A stretch of DNA of 63,957 nucleotides, the filler included, from Choristocarpus tenellus KU-1152 (taxonomy: Eukaryota; Protista; Phaeophyceae), in NCBI GenBank assembly GCA_964200185.2. It is 11 parts of 11 records of this genome, joined end to end, with 100 filler letters (N's around TTAATTAATTAA, not from the genome) between each part and the next. Parts side by side here need not be neighbours in the genome. Positions count along the whole stretch, not along the records: positions 8,017 to 33,748 come from CAXNAD020000179.1; positions 33,849 to 36,919 come from CAXNAD020022527.1; positions 37,020 to 39,956 come from CAXNAD020023522.1; positions 40,057 to 45,924 come from CAXNAD020009550.1; 7 more parts are not named here. One strand, 5' to 3'. The position numbers and the translations under genes are program-made. This document shows positions 29,301 to 40,088 of the stretch, piece after piece. The notes under the pieces were generated by a model. The model worked only from the letters and a program-made list of their open reading frames with translations, was not told the DNA's origin and did not search any database. Positions within the stretch are counted from its first letter, which is position 1. Each line of letters starts with the position of its first letter.

Positions 29301-32300
29301 CACGGTCTCCAGGGTCCATCACCTATGCAGGCAGATAGAAAATAATCGATGACCTGTAGCCAGACCTGGTTGAGGTAGACCAATCTGTAGTTTGGTAGTT
29401 CCACCAAAAGGTTTGAGTTGAGGTACTCCTGTAGAGAAATACGTTGGGGGATTGTTGGGGTTAAGAGAGGAAGAACTTTTGTTCAGACTGGTTTTGATAT
29501 GGATGATGGGTGAGATGTAGGGTTACGATTGGTGAAATCTGAGAAAAATGATCGTTATTGGAATGAGGATTTTGTTACGTCCTTAGTACCAACACAATTG
29601 AGCTTCAAACTATAAAGTACATAGAAGCACTATACATAAAATGGTAATGGTATAGTAAAAATAACCCCTTGTCACAGATACATACTCACGTCGACAGAGT
29701 ATTTTAAAAAATAGGTTAATTCAGCAAAATATTGAAAATACCAGGTAAGATTTCCAGTAGTTTCAAAGACAATGTTGCGAAAAGGCTGTCTCCAGGAAAA
29801 GTTTCACAGCCACGTACAACAGATTCATTATCGCAAGAAAGTATGCTCAAAATGCCACAGCACTGCTTAACCTTCAGATCCATCCACCCACTAGCAATAA
29901 TTCGGACATTGCTCAAGCACCCTGCCTCATCCTGCATGATTACATGCAGGCAACAGAAATGTAACACTCCCACAGCAACCACGATCAAATTGATCTACAC
30001 AACCTTTGCGTCCTTCGGGGCGCACCATCACTGCCAGCCCAATCAGCTAGTCCTTTCAGGACAAACCCAACAAAATGATCAGAATGCAAACATGTGTGAC
30101 GAGGAAAATACTTGAAACACACTGTAAGTGGTAGTAGAATGATCTTCCGATGTCTTGACTGTTCTACACCAAAGAAGAAAAAAATCAACTGCAGAAGTGA
30201 GGGGATGGGTGCAATATCATGAGAGAGAAATTGAGGTTCGCCTACAGTATGAATTCCAAGGCTAAGAATCAATACACCCAATCATAGTAGGCAAAACATT
30301 GCATTGTTCTTTCGAACATTATCCATCAAAACAGACTTTCGGTCTGTGCGTCATTCATAGATGGGGGTTGGTGAGGGCAGGTTTTGCATAGAGTGTACTC
30401 TTTCCTTGAAAGATATTTTTACTATAAAGTACCTAGCTGGGGGATTCAAAAATTGACACATGGACTCAAGAGAGATATCCCTTGGTACAGGGTTGTCAAT
30501 CCAAGGGCCATCGCATGTACTGACAAATGACAAAACCCCAACTATTTCTCTGTATTCCGATGCATCAGTATTCTACAAGCACTCAACCCGACCACCTTAA
30601 AAAATAACATTCAACAGAGAGTTACCAATGTGGTATGATTTAAGGATTGCTCAAGGTCATATGATCAACGTTCAAGCATTAAAAAGATACATATTTCATT
30701 AAATAACACTCAAGATGCTGACCTTGACCATGCAGAAACGTAGCACTGGCGCTAGAGAGGTGGTAGATGGACTAGAGTGGCGATCACCATCCATAGATCC
30801 CACTCTTCCATCTCCTTCTGACCTCAACCCTGAGCCAAAATTAGGTATTGACCCTGAACTTAACCTCAGTTTTTTTCCTTTCTGTGGTTCTGAATCTGAC
30901 TCTAAGCTAGTCTCAGGGCGAGGGCTAACCAGGGTGGGCCATGCAGAGTTCTCTGTGGCAAGGTCAGTGAGAGTGGCGGAGGCAAACGACCCACTGTAGG
31001 AGACCTTTCCACTTGGCCAATCATTGCGCAGCTCTACCTGTGAGGGGTGAGATTAGGTCATACACAAAGAGGAAAGAATGAGGAGTCACTTCTTCTCATC
31101 TACACACATACCAAGCCATGGTAATGCCTGGACATTTTTTTTGTCACAGCGCTATAGAGTAAGAGCATCAGGTTCAAGGCAACTGGAACGCGGGGACAGT
31201 GTTGCAAGTGTTCACATCAAAGTGTACACTACAAAGTATTGAATACTCTCATTACAAGGAACTTCAACTCCCGACCAAACCTTCGACAAAATGTCCAAAC
31301 CTGAAATTGACCCCTAACCACAATCTGAATTGTAGTCTAAGCTCCAAACAGAAAACTTGATTCCCATCTCAACCTCCAGTCATTATCCCATAGACACTAG
31401 GTTCAACCTAAACCTCGACTGTAAGTTAACCCCTAATCAAAACCTTTAGCCCCAGACAAAACACCACAATATCAGTCCCAACTCTCACACACACCCAAAC
31501 GCTTACTCACTCTCGACTCCATTGCATCCAGAACCGCCAATCGCCTCCCAACGATCTCCTTGTTGAGCCACACCTGCAACCTTCCTGCTCGCACCACCAC
31601 AATACTGCTACCTTTTCCCAACCTTGCCCCTGAGCCGCCACCAGGTCTCAAGGCATTTTCAACCTTCTTTTCCAGTTGAGTATGGTTGACTACCCCTTCT
31701 GCTTCAAACCTTTCCTCCAATTTCACCCTCTTCACCGCCTCTACAACTCCTGGTACCACTTGTGGTCTTGGAGGATCTGCTTTAGCCTGTGACGACGGTG
31801 TGGTTGGAGAACATGGTGGCTGCTCAGGTTCGCTTAATGACATCCCATGCACAAAAATGGACAGAGCTGCCACAGTTTCTGGGTTCCAATTAATCGACAC
31901 CGACCCGAACATAACCTCAGTCCTTGAACCACTCCCCCCCACACAATTGGTACCATCAACTTCTTCCTCCTTATCTGTGTCATCATTGGGTCCAATGTTT
32001 GTATAGATCACCCTCATAGCCGGTCCATTCCTTGCCCTGTACTCAACCTTTGTCTCACACCCCATATCAACTCCTTCCTCTGCTCTTCCTCCAAGATCAA
32101 AATTATTTTCATCTCCAGCGAATTGCACAGAAGGGCTGAATTTTGAACAAACACCACCACTATGGACAGAGACCTCTTTCCTACCTATACCTATATTCTT
32201 TGTATCAACCTCACCACCATGCCCTTCCTTACCACCCCTGCAACCTTCTATGCCTGATCCATGATCCTCTCCCACATGGTGCCCAGGATGAGGGCTGAGT

Positions 32301-33300
32301 GAGGGTTCTGGGAATGGTGTAACAATCTTTCCACAGGACAACAGGTGTTTAAATCCATCCCCAGCCCCTTGGTGCATGTCTTCGACACACAATGAGGCCA
32401 CGCTCAGGGACAGGCCAGAGCGTCCCCAGCCTCCAGCTCTTCGGGATAGTCCTCTTTCAAAGTTCTGTACCTCCTCCAACCCTTCCCTTTCCCCATTTTC
32501 CTCGATTGACCGTGATGCTGGGACAGCTTGTACTCCTGGTCCTCTATCTGACATCTGACCTACACAACGCCCCGAACCACCAAACCACCCCTCTACCTCT
32601 ACCCCCTCTACACGGAGTAGAATTAGTGCTCCTGTTTTGTTGACATGGCTTGATCCTCTAGATCTTACTTCTCCCGACCTCACATCCGCCTGAATATCTT
32701 TCCTTCTTTTCCCCAAAACTTCTCCATCCAATCCTGATGTTTCCCCATCAGCACCTGCCACTTCCCCTTGATTGGGCCTCCGCTCCTGCATAATCTCACC
32801 TTGTTCCCCTCTCTTCTCGGCAGTGTCTTGAGCGGAAGAGGTTGAGTCATCGCTACCATACCCCCCCTTACTCTCCCCCTTGCCCCCACAGCTGTTGATG
32901 CTTGTTGATGGACTGTCATGAACAAGGCGCACCAACAACAGTGGTGCAAACACAACCACCTCAATCCCTCTCCCCTCCCCAGCCCCATCATCTACACCTC
33001 CATCCAATCCAAGGCAGCTTGGTTTGGACATTGCCTGTTCGCCACTCATGCCAACTCCCTCCCCCTCCTCATCATCATCCTCCAATATGTTTGTCACAGG
33101 TTCAAGCTTTGAGGACAAAACCATATTCATGCTTTCAGCTCTTCCTCTGTGGTCCTCTACTAAATGTACATCCATATCTTCCTCAGGCAGAAACCTCTCT
33201 TCGAATGGATGATGTCGAGTCATGTTTTTTGAGGTGCTTTGAGGGAGTTGGAAGCGATGGGAAGGTGGGGGATCTGCTGCAGGTGATGGACGAGACAGCT
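8340..33300 (-). CDS. VPS13: VPS13-like (repeating beta-groove) bridge lipid-transfer protein, internal multi-exon fragment with a FYVE-like zinc finger; both ends missing or uncertain
   Basis: Long minus-strand exons (about 31510-33300, 29107-29430, 27310-27640, 23870-24280, 22300-23130, 20380-21950, 17500-18270, 15360-16560, 13620-13800 and smaller). They carry recurring stramenopile-VPS13-like motifs (INWNPETVAAL / LNWNPSTVAAL; WLNKE / RLNKE; VYLNQVWLQVIDY / VYVQPLWLEVVDY; SLCVEDM / TLRVVDL / SLRVKDN) with low-complexity insertions. Exon boundaries are approximate. Confidence 0.7.
14735..15460 (-). other. FYVE-like zinc finger within the VPS13-like gene, split across an intron
   Basis: CSSCGKAFSDIVAQHRCGACANFVCRPC (exon ending 15360) plus LVCDPC (about 14740-14760) gives four CxxC pairs in FYVE order. 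Confidence 0.65.
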
Positions 33301-33403
33301 CTGGTAAGGACCAGAGGTGGGGTGGGAGAGGGTGAAGAAAGGAGTTAAAAGCATTACAGTCTTGATGACTTTGACAAGAAAGAGTAACAGCATGGAGAAC
33401 GCA

Positions 33404-33659
33404 GAGCCAAAGTATCTTAGAGGGTAGAGCCGCATCCATTTAGGGACCAAAATCCAATGTTACGATTTTGATGTAATTTTGGCTATGGTGTTTGTTATGA
33501 AGTGTCAATATCTATGTTCTGGACACACCTTTCATAACGTACACATTTCCCTACTCCCAAAATATTGGAGTAGGAAAGTGTCATAAAAGAATCCATGGGA
33601 AGTCAAGCCCCAAATTGACAAACAGGGCAAAACTTGTACCCTCTAAGATACTTTCACTC
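33404..33659 (+). mobile_element. MITE family B (about 256 bp), CGCA target-site duplication
   Basis: cgca|gagccaaagtatcttagagggta ... taccctctaagatactttcactc|cgca; homologous to the copies at 43763, 60657 and 63904. Confidence 0.88.
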
Positions 33660-33729
33660 CGCAGTAAGCAAGCAATTAAATGGTACGCGTTTCAACGTTA
33701 CTGTACAGCACAATGGTGCTACAACAAAT

Positions 33730-33748
33730 GGGTCAAAGTATCTGGGGG
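33730..33748 (+). mobile_element. MITE family A left terminus at contig end
   Basis: gggtcaaagtatctggggg immediately before the spacer. Confidence 0.7.
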
Positions 33749-34108
33749 NNNNNNNNNNNNNNNNNNNNNNNNNNNNNNNNNNNNNNNNNNNNTTAATTAA
33801 TTAANNNNNNNNNNNNNNNNNNNNNNNNNNNNNNNNNNNNNNNNNNNNCACATGAAATACACGAAAATTAACTGACACGAACAACATAGATAAAATTCAC
33901 AACAAAAATAAAACCCACTATTAAAATCCCCCAAAACCAACCAAACCCTACTCCCCTCAACACCAAAGCAAATCATACACAGACCTTAATCGGCCCAAGA
34001 ACATGATACTCCAACACACAACCACACACAGCGCAACACCCCTCCCCCCCCCCACCCCCCCAAAAAACCCAAACAAAAATAAAAAATAGAAACAAACAAA
34101 AGACTTGC

Positions 34109-36919
34109 CCCAGTCTATCTGCAGGTGAAATCTCCTCCAGAACAGTTTCCACAGCCTTGGAAATCATAGTCTGCAGGCGCATGAGTAGATCAAGACGCTG
34201 AAGACCCTTCCGGGCAAGTCCTTGCTTTGTCAACTTCTCCACAAACTTTTCCTCTCTGAGCACCTGGGGGGTACCAAAATACCACCAATAGATACATGGT
34301 ACATGGAATAAAGTGAGCAATTAGGAAGGCGTGAACACTGGCGCCAACACAGAGGGGACAACAGAGTTTGAGACTTGTACACCCAAGGCATCCATCAATC
34401 CATCCATCCATCCATCCTATTGACTGAACGAAATGTATAGAACGTTTCATTGGTGCAAATGTTGCTCTTCATGTGTTCCGCCTTCTCCGTCATACCATAC
34501 CATACCATACCATACCATACCTGTGGTATGTCAATGGTCCTTTCCCCCTTGGCTATTTGTTCTTGTATTTTCACAGCGGCTAGCATTGCCTCACGAACAA
34601 ACTTGCTCTTGTTGTCAGTCTTAACCTTGTGACAATTGTCCTCCAACCCCTTCTTTCCATCATCAGCCTCCATAGCCTCCTTCTTTCCATTATGTCACAA
34701 CACAACCACACAACCATACACAGAGGAATGTCAACATTGGCCTCATCATTGCTAGCTAGGTCACAAACATCTCTACAACACCACCTAATCTCTACAATGT
34801 CTACAATACTATTTATAAACAAGACAAGACAGAGACAGAGACAGAGAGAGACTCTCATCTACAGCTGAGCAAACGTTCTCTAACATATTCTTATTACACA
34901 ATATCTAACCTGATGATTCTAACTTGTCTCACATAAAAACAAACTATAAAATAAAAAAGTATTTATGTATGTATGTATGTATGTATGTATGTATGTATGT
35001 ATGTATGTATCACCTTCTGCTCCTGCATTCTCTCCTCTTCCCTGGCACACACACCAGCCTGAAGCATGTAGCTGCGTGCAAAGCTCTCTACTTGCTGTAT
35101 GTATCATGTATCATGTGGTAGTACCCCAAAGTATCATCGTGAGAGGGTTAGGGTTAGGACAATGAAGGAGCAGGAAGTACAAAAAACTTCATCATCAGTA
35201 AGCCATCACAGGCATATATATATATATATATATATCCTGTAGACCATAGGTATCCTTGTCTAGACTTGTAAGAACCAGGGATAGACAGTACTTGATACTG
35301 TAGTCAATTCAACACAAAATAATGAAATCAACAACAATACCAACCTTTCCAAAATTAACCTAATGCTAAATATGGTGTCTATCACATGCAGCGTTTGCTC
35401 TGTTTCTATACATCAGGTAGGTTTTCCCCTCTGATTGTGTCATCCATCAGCCCTTCAACTCTAAGTGAAAGCCAAGTACTCCTCAACCCTTTTCTTCCTC
35501 CTACTCAATAACTCTAATATGGATGCACTTTGCATCCCCTCCGTGACAGTCTCCTCAATAATCCCCACTAAAACACTCAAACAAAAAACATCACACTAGT
35601 ATACTACACCTTAAAACCCAAAGTTACTTCACTCAAAAAGACAAAAAAAACACTCCCAAAGAGCCCAGTAAAAACACCACTCTAAACAACACACTCAACA
35701 CCTTCTCCTACAACCAAGCAACAAACAACAAACCAAACACACACACACACACACACACACAAGGAAACTGCATGTACCACAGGACCAAACATACATACTC
35801 ACACATACTCACCAGCAACAAACAAGTGGACAAAAGCATTACACCTTCTCAATGACCCACCCCACAGATACCTCACATTCCAACACCATACAACCAACAA
35901 CCGCCCTATCCTACCCCCCATCTCAGTTCTCACCTCCAGACTGCGATTGCCAGCGCCAGCCTCTTTACGTATCCTTTGCCATCGACCAAACCCATACAGT
36001 TGCAATGACCGAACCAACCGGTCCCTGTTGTGAGGACCCCAGTCCTTTGGAGGCCTGGGCGCTCGGGGCTGATTTCCCAATACAAATACAAATACAAATA
36101 AGAACAATAAATAAAAATAAAAAGTCAACGGAGACATCAACAGCACTATATATATAGTATATAATGTGGAGGGATAATAACCAAAGGGGAGGGGATGCAA
36201 ACTGCACAACAAGGGTTAACTACTGGGAAAAGCAATGAAGCAATGATCACACTACAGCACTAGTATGGTTGTGCTACAAATACTTACATATGTGTATGCA
36301 TAGACTATAGTGCACATAATAAATAAAAATTATCTAAAAAATAAAATTAGTGATAGTGAAACACTGTGACAGAAAAACCAACAAAAATGAAAATAAAAGA
36401 ATTAAAAAAAAATGGGACCATGAAAGCAAAACATCCCCCTCAACAAAAATCTTGCTTCAAACCAGAGCTGTACCTTCAACTTGACACTACAGACCTTTTC
36501 CCATCTCTATCAAACAAACCTTAAGACTACAAATTTGTTATTATAATATTACAATACTCTACAATACAGAGGGGTAACCTGCACAATATATATATTTTAA
36601 TTTGTTACATTCAGCCTCAACACACTATTGTGACATCCTATCACATCATAATAAATAAATATAAAAAAAATCATCCCAAAATGAAAATAAAATAAAAATG
36701 TTCACACAAATCTCTTCAGTACAACCTACAACACAATTTATCCACTAATCCAAGATCTACCCCCCCCAAAATCCCAAAATTTAATTACCTTAGGCTCCTT
36801 CTTGACCTTCTTGGAGTTCCCACGCTTAGCTCCGCCGCTGCCCTTCCCCCCTGTCCCTGCCCCTGCCCCTGCCCCTGCCCCTGCCCCTGCCCCACCCCCA
36901 GCCCCCCCTCCCCCAGCAC
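34109..36919 (-). CDS. CHD-family (CHD6-9/Kismet-like) chromatin remodeller, SANT-like region fragment. Exons approx. 36790-36919, 35935-36070, 34994-35071, 34521-34680, 34109-34263
   Basis: KDWGPHNRDRLVRSLQLYGFGRWQRIR resembles the CHD 'LLVYGWGRW' SANT-like motif. It is followed by VESFARSYMLQA and VLREEKFVEKL..ARKGLQRLDLLMRL, matching the order in subfamily III CHDs. GT-AG boundaries are visible. Confidence 0.7.
34964..35010. repeat. (TATG)n microsatellite
   Basis: Direct reading. Confidence 0.95.
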
Positions 36920-37639
36920 NNNNNNNNNNNNNNNNNNNNNNNNNNNNNNNNNNNNNNNNNNNNTTAATTAATTAANNNNNNNNNNNNNNNNNNNNNNNNN
37001 NNNNNNNNNNNNNNNNNNNTGGCAACAGGGAAATAGGACAAAGCCTGTATTCCAGAACTCATGGGGTAAGTCTTTGTGAGAAGATATATCATGATCAAGG
37101 ATCAAGTACTTAGCCCCAGTGAATATGGTCGAGGTTGGGTGGGACAACATACTCATCTTCATATTTAAAGCTTGCATTGTCGCTGCCTCCAAGCCTTGGT
37201 TGTGTGGAGTCCCCTCCATAGCTTCATCGACGATTTTCTTTGCGAAGGAATAGGACATGTGTATTAAGTGAGAGATTCCGACACTATCGAAGGGGTACCT
37301 GGGAAAATCCATAGAAGAAGAAAGTGCGAATCACGGACCGCGATGTTATCAATGTTATGGCGGAGTAGAACAGGATAAACGCGTAAATGACGAATCAGGC
37401 CGATCCCGACGGTAATGGTCGTGGCAGAGAGGGGAGTACATGTTTAATACTGCAGGTTACACACAATAATTTATAGGTTGGTACACAAAGCAGGACGGAA
37501 AAAGGTTGAGGGTCCTGGTGGTAGAGCGACAGTATAAGGGCAGTTGGGGACGAATAGTAGAGTGCGCCGTTTATGTCACTAAAATGTTTATCCCGTTGAG
37601 TTCACGACAAAAAGAGAAAAGATAATAGGTCAGGGTAGA

Positions 37640-37830
37640 GGTAGTGTACCTGCGACAATCTGGTAAAGTACAGTTTAAATATGGCCTAAAATGTAGAGCG
37701 GGGGCAGATATCAGGTCTGTATCGATCGGCGATAGAGGACGTAAGTTGTCTTCCACTGCTGACATGGGCCAACCCCACCCATATATGGCAAGAAAAACAG
37801 AACAGCGTGGGCGCATTGTAGGATGATGTA
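37640..37830 (+). repeat. Dispersed repeat, also present inverted at about 40990-41180 on the next contig
   Basis: ggggcagatatcaggtct.tatcgatc.g.gataga at 37702 is the reverse complement of 41073-41108; the flanks are also similar. Confidence 0.75.
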
Positions 37831-39225
37831 GGGGGGACCACCCCAGACAAAGGTCAAGCGCGGAAGGTACGAGGCTAGTAACGAAACCTTTTATTAGGCA
37901 GAGATACCTTGTGAATCAACGTTTATGTAAATATGAGTAGTCATACATATATTATGTATGTGAAAGTGTCAGAGGTGCCAAGAAAGTCGAGGTCCCGAGT
38001 TCGAGCCTGGGCGTGAGTACCACTGTGAAAGTGTCAAAGGTGCCAAGTTCTCTACTCAAGGGGGCAATCACAATCACCGGAATGAAACTCCTTCACCTCA
38101 GAGGGTGAGACCGAGTTTCATGGTCTTGGCTCTAATCTCATAACAGATCAGTAAATCCAGTACAGAACACCTTTTTCAGAACATGACGGATGTTTCCAGA
38201 ATGACAGAGCAATGTCACAGCAAAGAAATTGATTTGTCAGAATCGGAATGTTCTTCGTTCTGAGGATCCATTTTGGCTGTTTGGTCAAATCCGGATCTCA
38301 TGAGAATGACTGTTTCTTCGGACTGGTCGGTATGGATGAGCTCAAATGACGTGTTTGGCGCGCGCATTGTATCTGACCGCGCGTCTTATACATAAGGTGT
38401 GTGTCGGAGATCCCAAAAAAGAACCTGTCTCTGACATGTAGTATAGCTACAAGTTGGGAGAGGACGTGAGACGGAAGTAAAGAAAAATAGAAAATCTTTA
38501 TAAATAGGAGGATTGAATGAGGGATGTGGTAGTTGGAATTATTATTATAATTTGTTTTATTAGGCGGAGTGACCGCTACGAAAGTAGGTGGAGATAATAT
38601 AAAAGTACTGTATGAGGACACGTGGTAGGTGGGGGGTTGGAGTGGAGTGAATCCTACGGAAGTAAGAAAGAATTGGGGATTGTGAGTAGATGTACAGTCG
38701 GAAGAGATTATTAAAAATGAGATGTGATAGTTAAAAGGAATGGGGAGAGAGCATGATATTGGCAAATATGAACGTAAAGAAGAGTACACCAATATAAAGA
38801 GGGGGGTAGGGGAATGATTAATCGTAGCTCCTACACAACCCTGAGTAAAAATTTGAGGTGACCTTGTGAATAAAGGGCTACTGCTCACAAGGGTAGGCAT
38901 TATTTGAGGGCTAAACCTACGTTCTACAATAATGAACAAATCACCACAAGGAAAGAAAGTGACTAAAGAAGGGGCATTGCCTAATAGTGGGATAATCAGT
39001 CCAAGTGAATAAAAGGGGTGGGGGGGAGAGAGATTCAGACCGAAAAAAAAGAAAAAAAAGAAAGATATGTACTTGTATAATTAAAAAAAAAAGTTTTGGA
39101 AGATGTGAATTGCTTAGAGGAGACCTGAATATATCAGAAAAGTGCGCACCTTGATGATTGTAAGTGCATAATGTAGTGATGAAGGTCCCGTGTCCTGGTC
39201 AACTCACTAGCATCTAAGACTATTC

Positions 39226-39930
39226 TAGACTAATACATGCCCAATACACGATTGAGTCCTTACGGCACCCATCCAGATTAGCCTCTACCAGATTATACAA
39301 GACACTGATGAGGAGGGTACAGGACCATTGTCGGAGCAATGGGTTGATCCTTGACTAGGGGTGGGAAGGTGAACTTGAGAATATAGGTACGGCGCAGACA
39401 TTGGAGGGAGGTGATCCCCAACCTTTCCAACGTAAGAGAAGTCCAAGAACATAGAGAAAAAGGGGGGGGGGGGGGGGGTAGACATATGAAACTGGTATTA
39501 AAAACAAGCGAACAGGTGTCAAAGCATTAAGTGTTACAGATTCCATCTCAAACTGTTAAAAATATATAAATAATAACAATAATAATATATATATGAAAAA
39601 AAGAAAAGATAAAGGGGAGTCTAATGTCAAAGATATAAGGAGAGTATGGGTAGCTAAGAATTGGGATACTAAGAATGTGCTAGACTAATACATACATGTT
39701 ATATACTCGAGTCTCTACAGAACCCATCCAGACTACTCCCTACCAGATTACTCAAGGCAAGGCAGAGGAGGATGCAGGGACAACATTTGAGCAATGGAGT
39801 GAGCCCTAAATAGAGTTGGGAATATGGTCTCGAGAGTACAGGTATGTCACAGACATTGGATGGGGGGGGGACCCCCAACAGCCTGCTAAGTTAAGAGAAG
39901 TTCAAGGACGTATGGGGGGGGGGGGGGGGT
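39226..39930. repeat. Diverged direct repeat of about 250 bp (39226-39480 and 39681-39930)
   Basis: Shared collinear blocks tagactaatacat, acccatccaga, ctaccagatta, gagcaatgg, cagacattgga, taagagaagt.caag and a terminal poly-G. Confidence 0.8.
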
Positions 39931-40056
39931 GGAAAGAATTACGAAACTACTAATCANNNNNNNNNNNNNNNNNNNNNNNNNNNNNNNNNNNNNNNNNNNN
40001 TTAATTAATTAANNNNNNNNNNNNNNNNNNNNNNNNNNNNNNNNNNNNNNNNNNNN

Positions 40057-40088
40057 CAGCCGCTACCCCCTCCCAGATACTTTGAGCC
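40057..40088 (-). mobile_element. MITE family A terminus at contig start
   Basis: cagccgctaccccctcccagatactttgagcc. Confidence 0.7.

Noticed and set aside
33301-33439. Start codon and N-terminus of the 655-aa ORF 31472-33439
   Set aside because: The ATG lies inside MITE B and intron sequence; the real exon probably starts at the acceptor near 33300.
37985-38022. Functional tRNA gene
   Set aside because: No D-arm, anticodon arm or matching acceptor stem; only a T-loop-like 3' part is present.
38298-38939. 213-aa ORF (and the 184-aa ORF at 41153-41707)
   Set aside because: Ser/Pro/Leu/Phe-biased translations of pyrimidine-rich strands with no domain signal.
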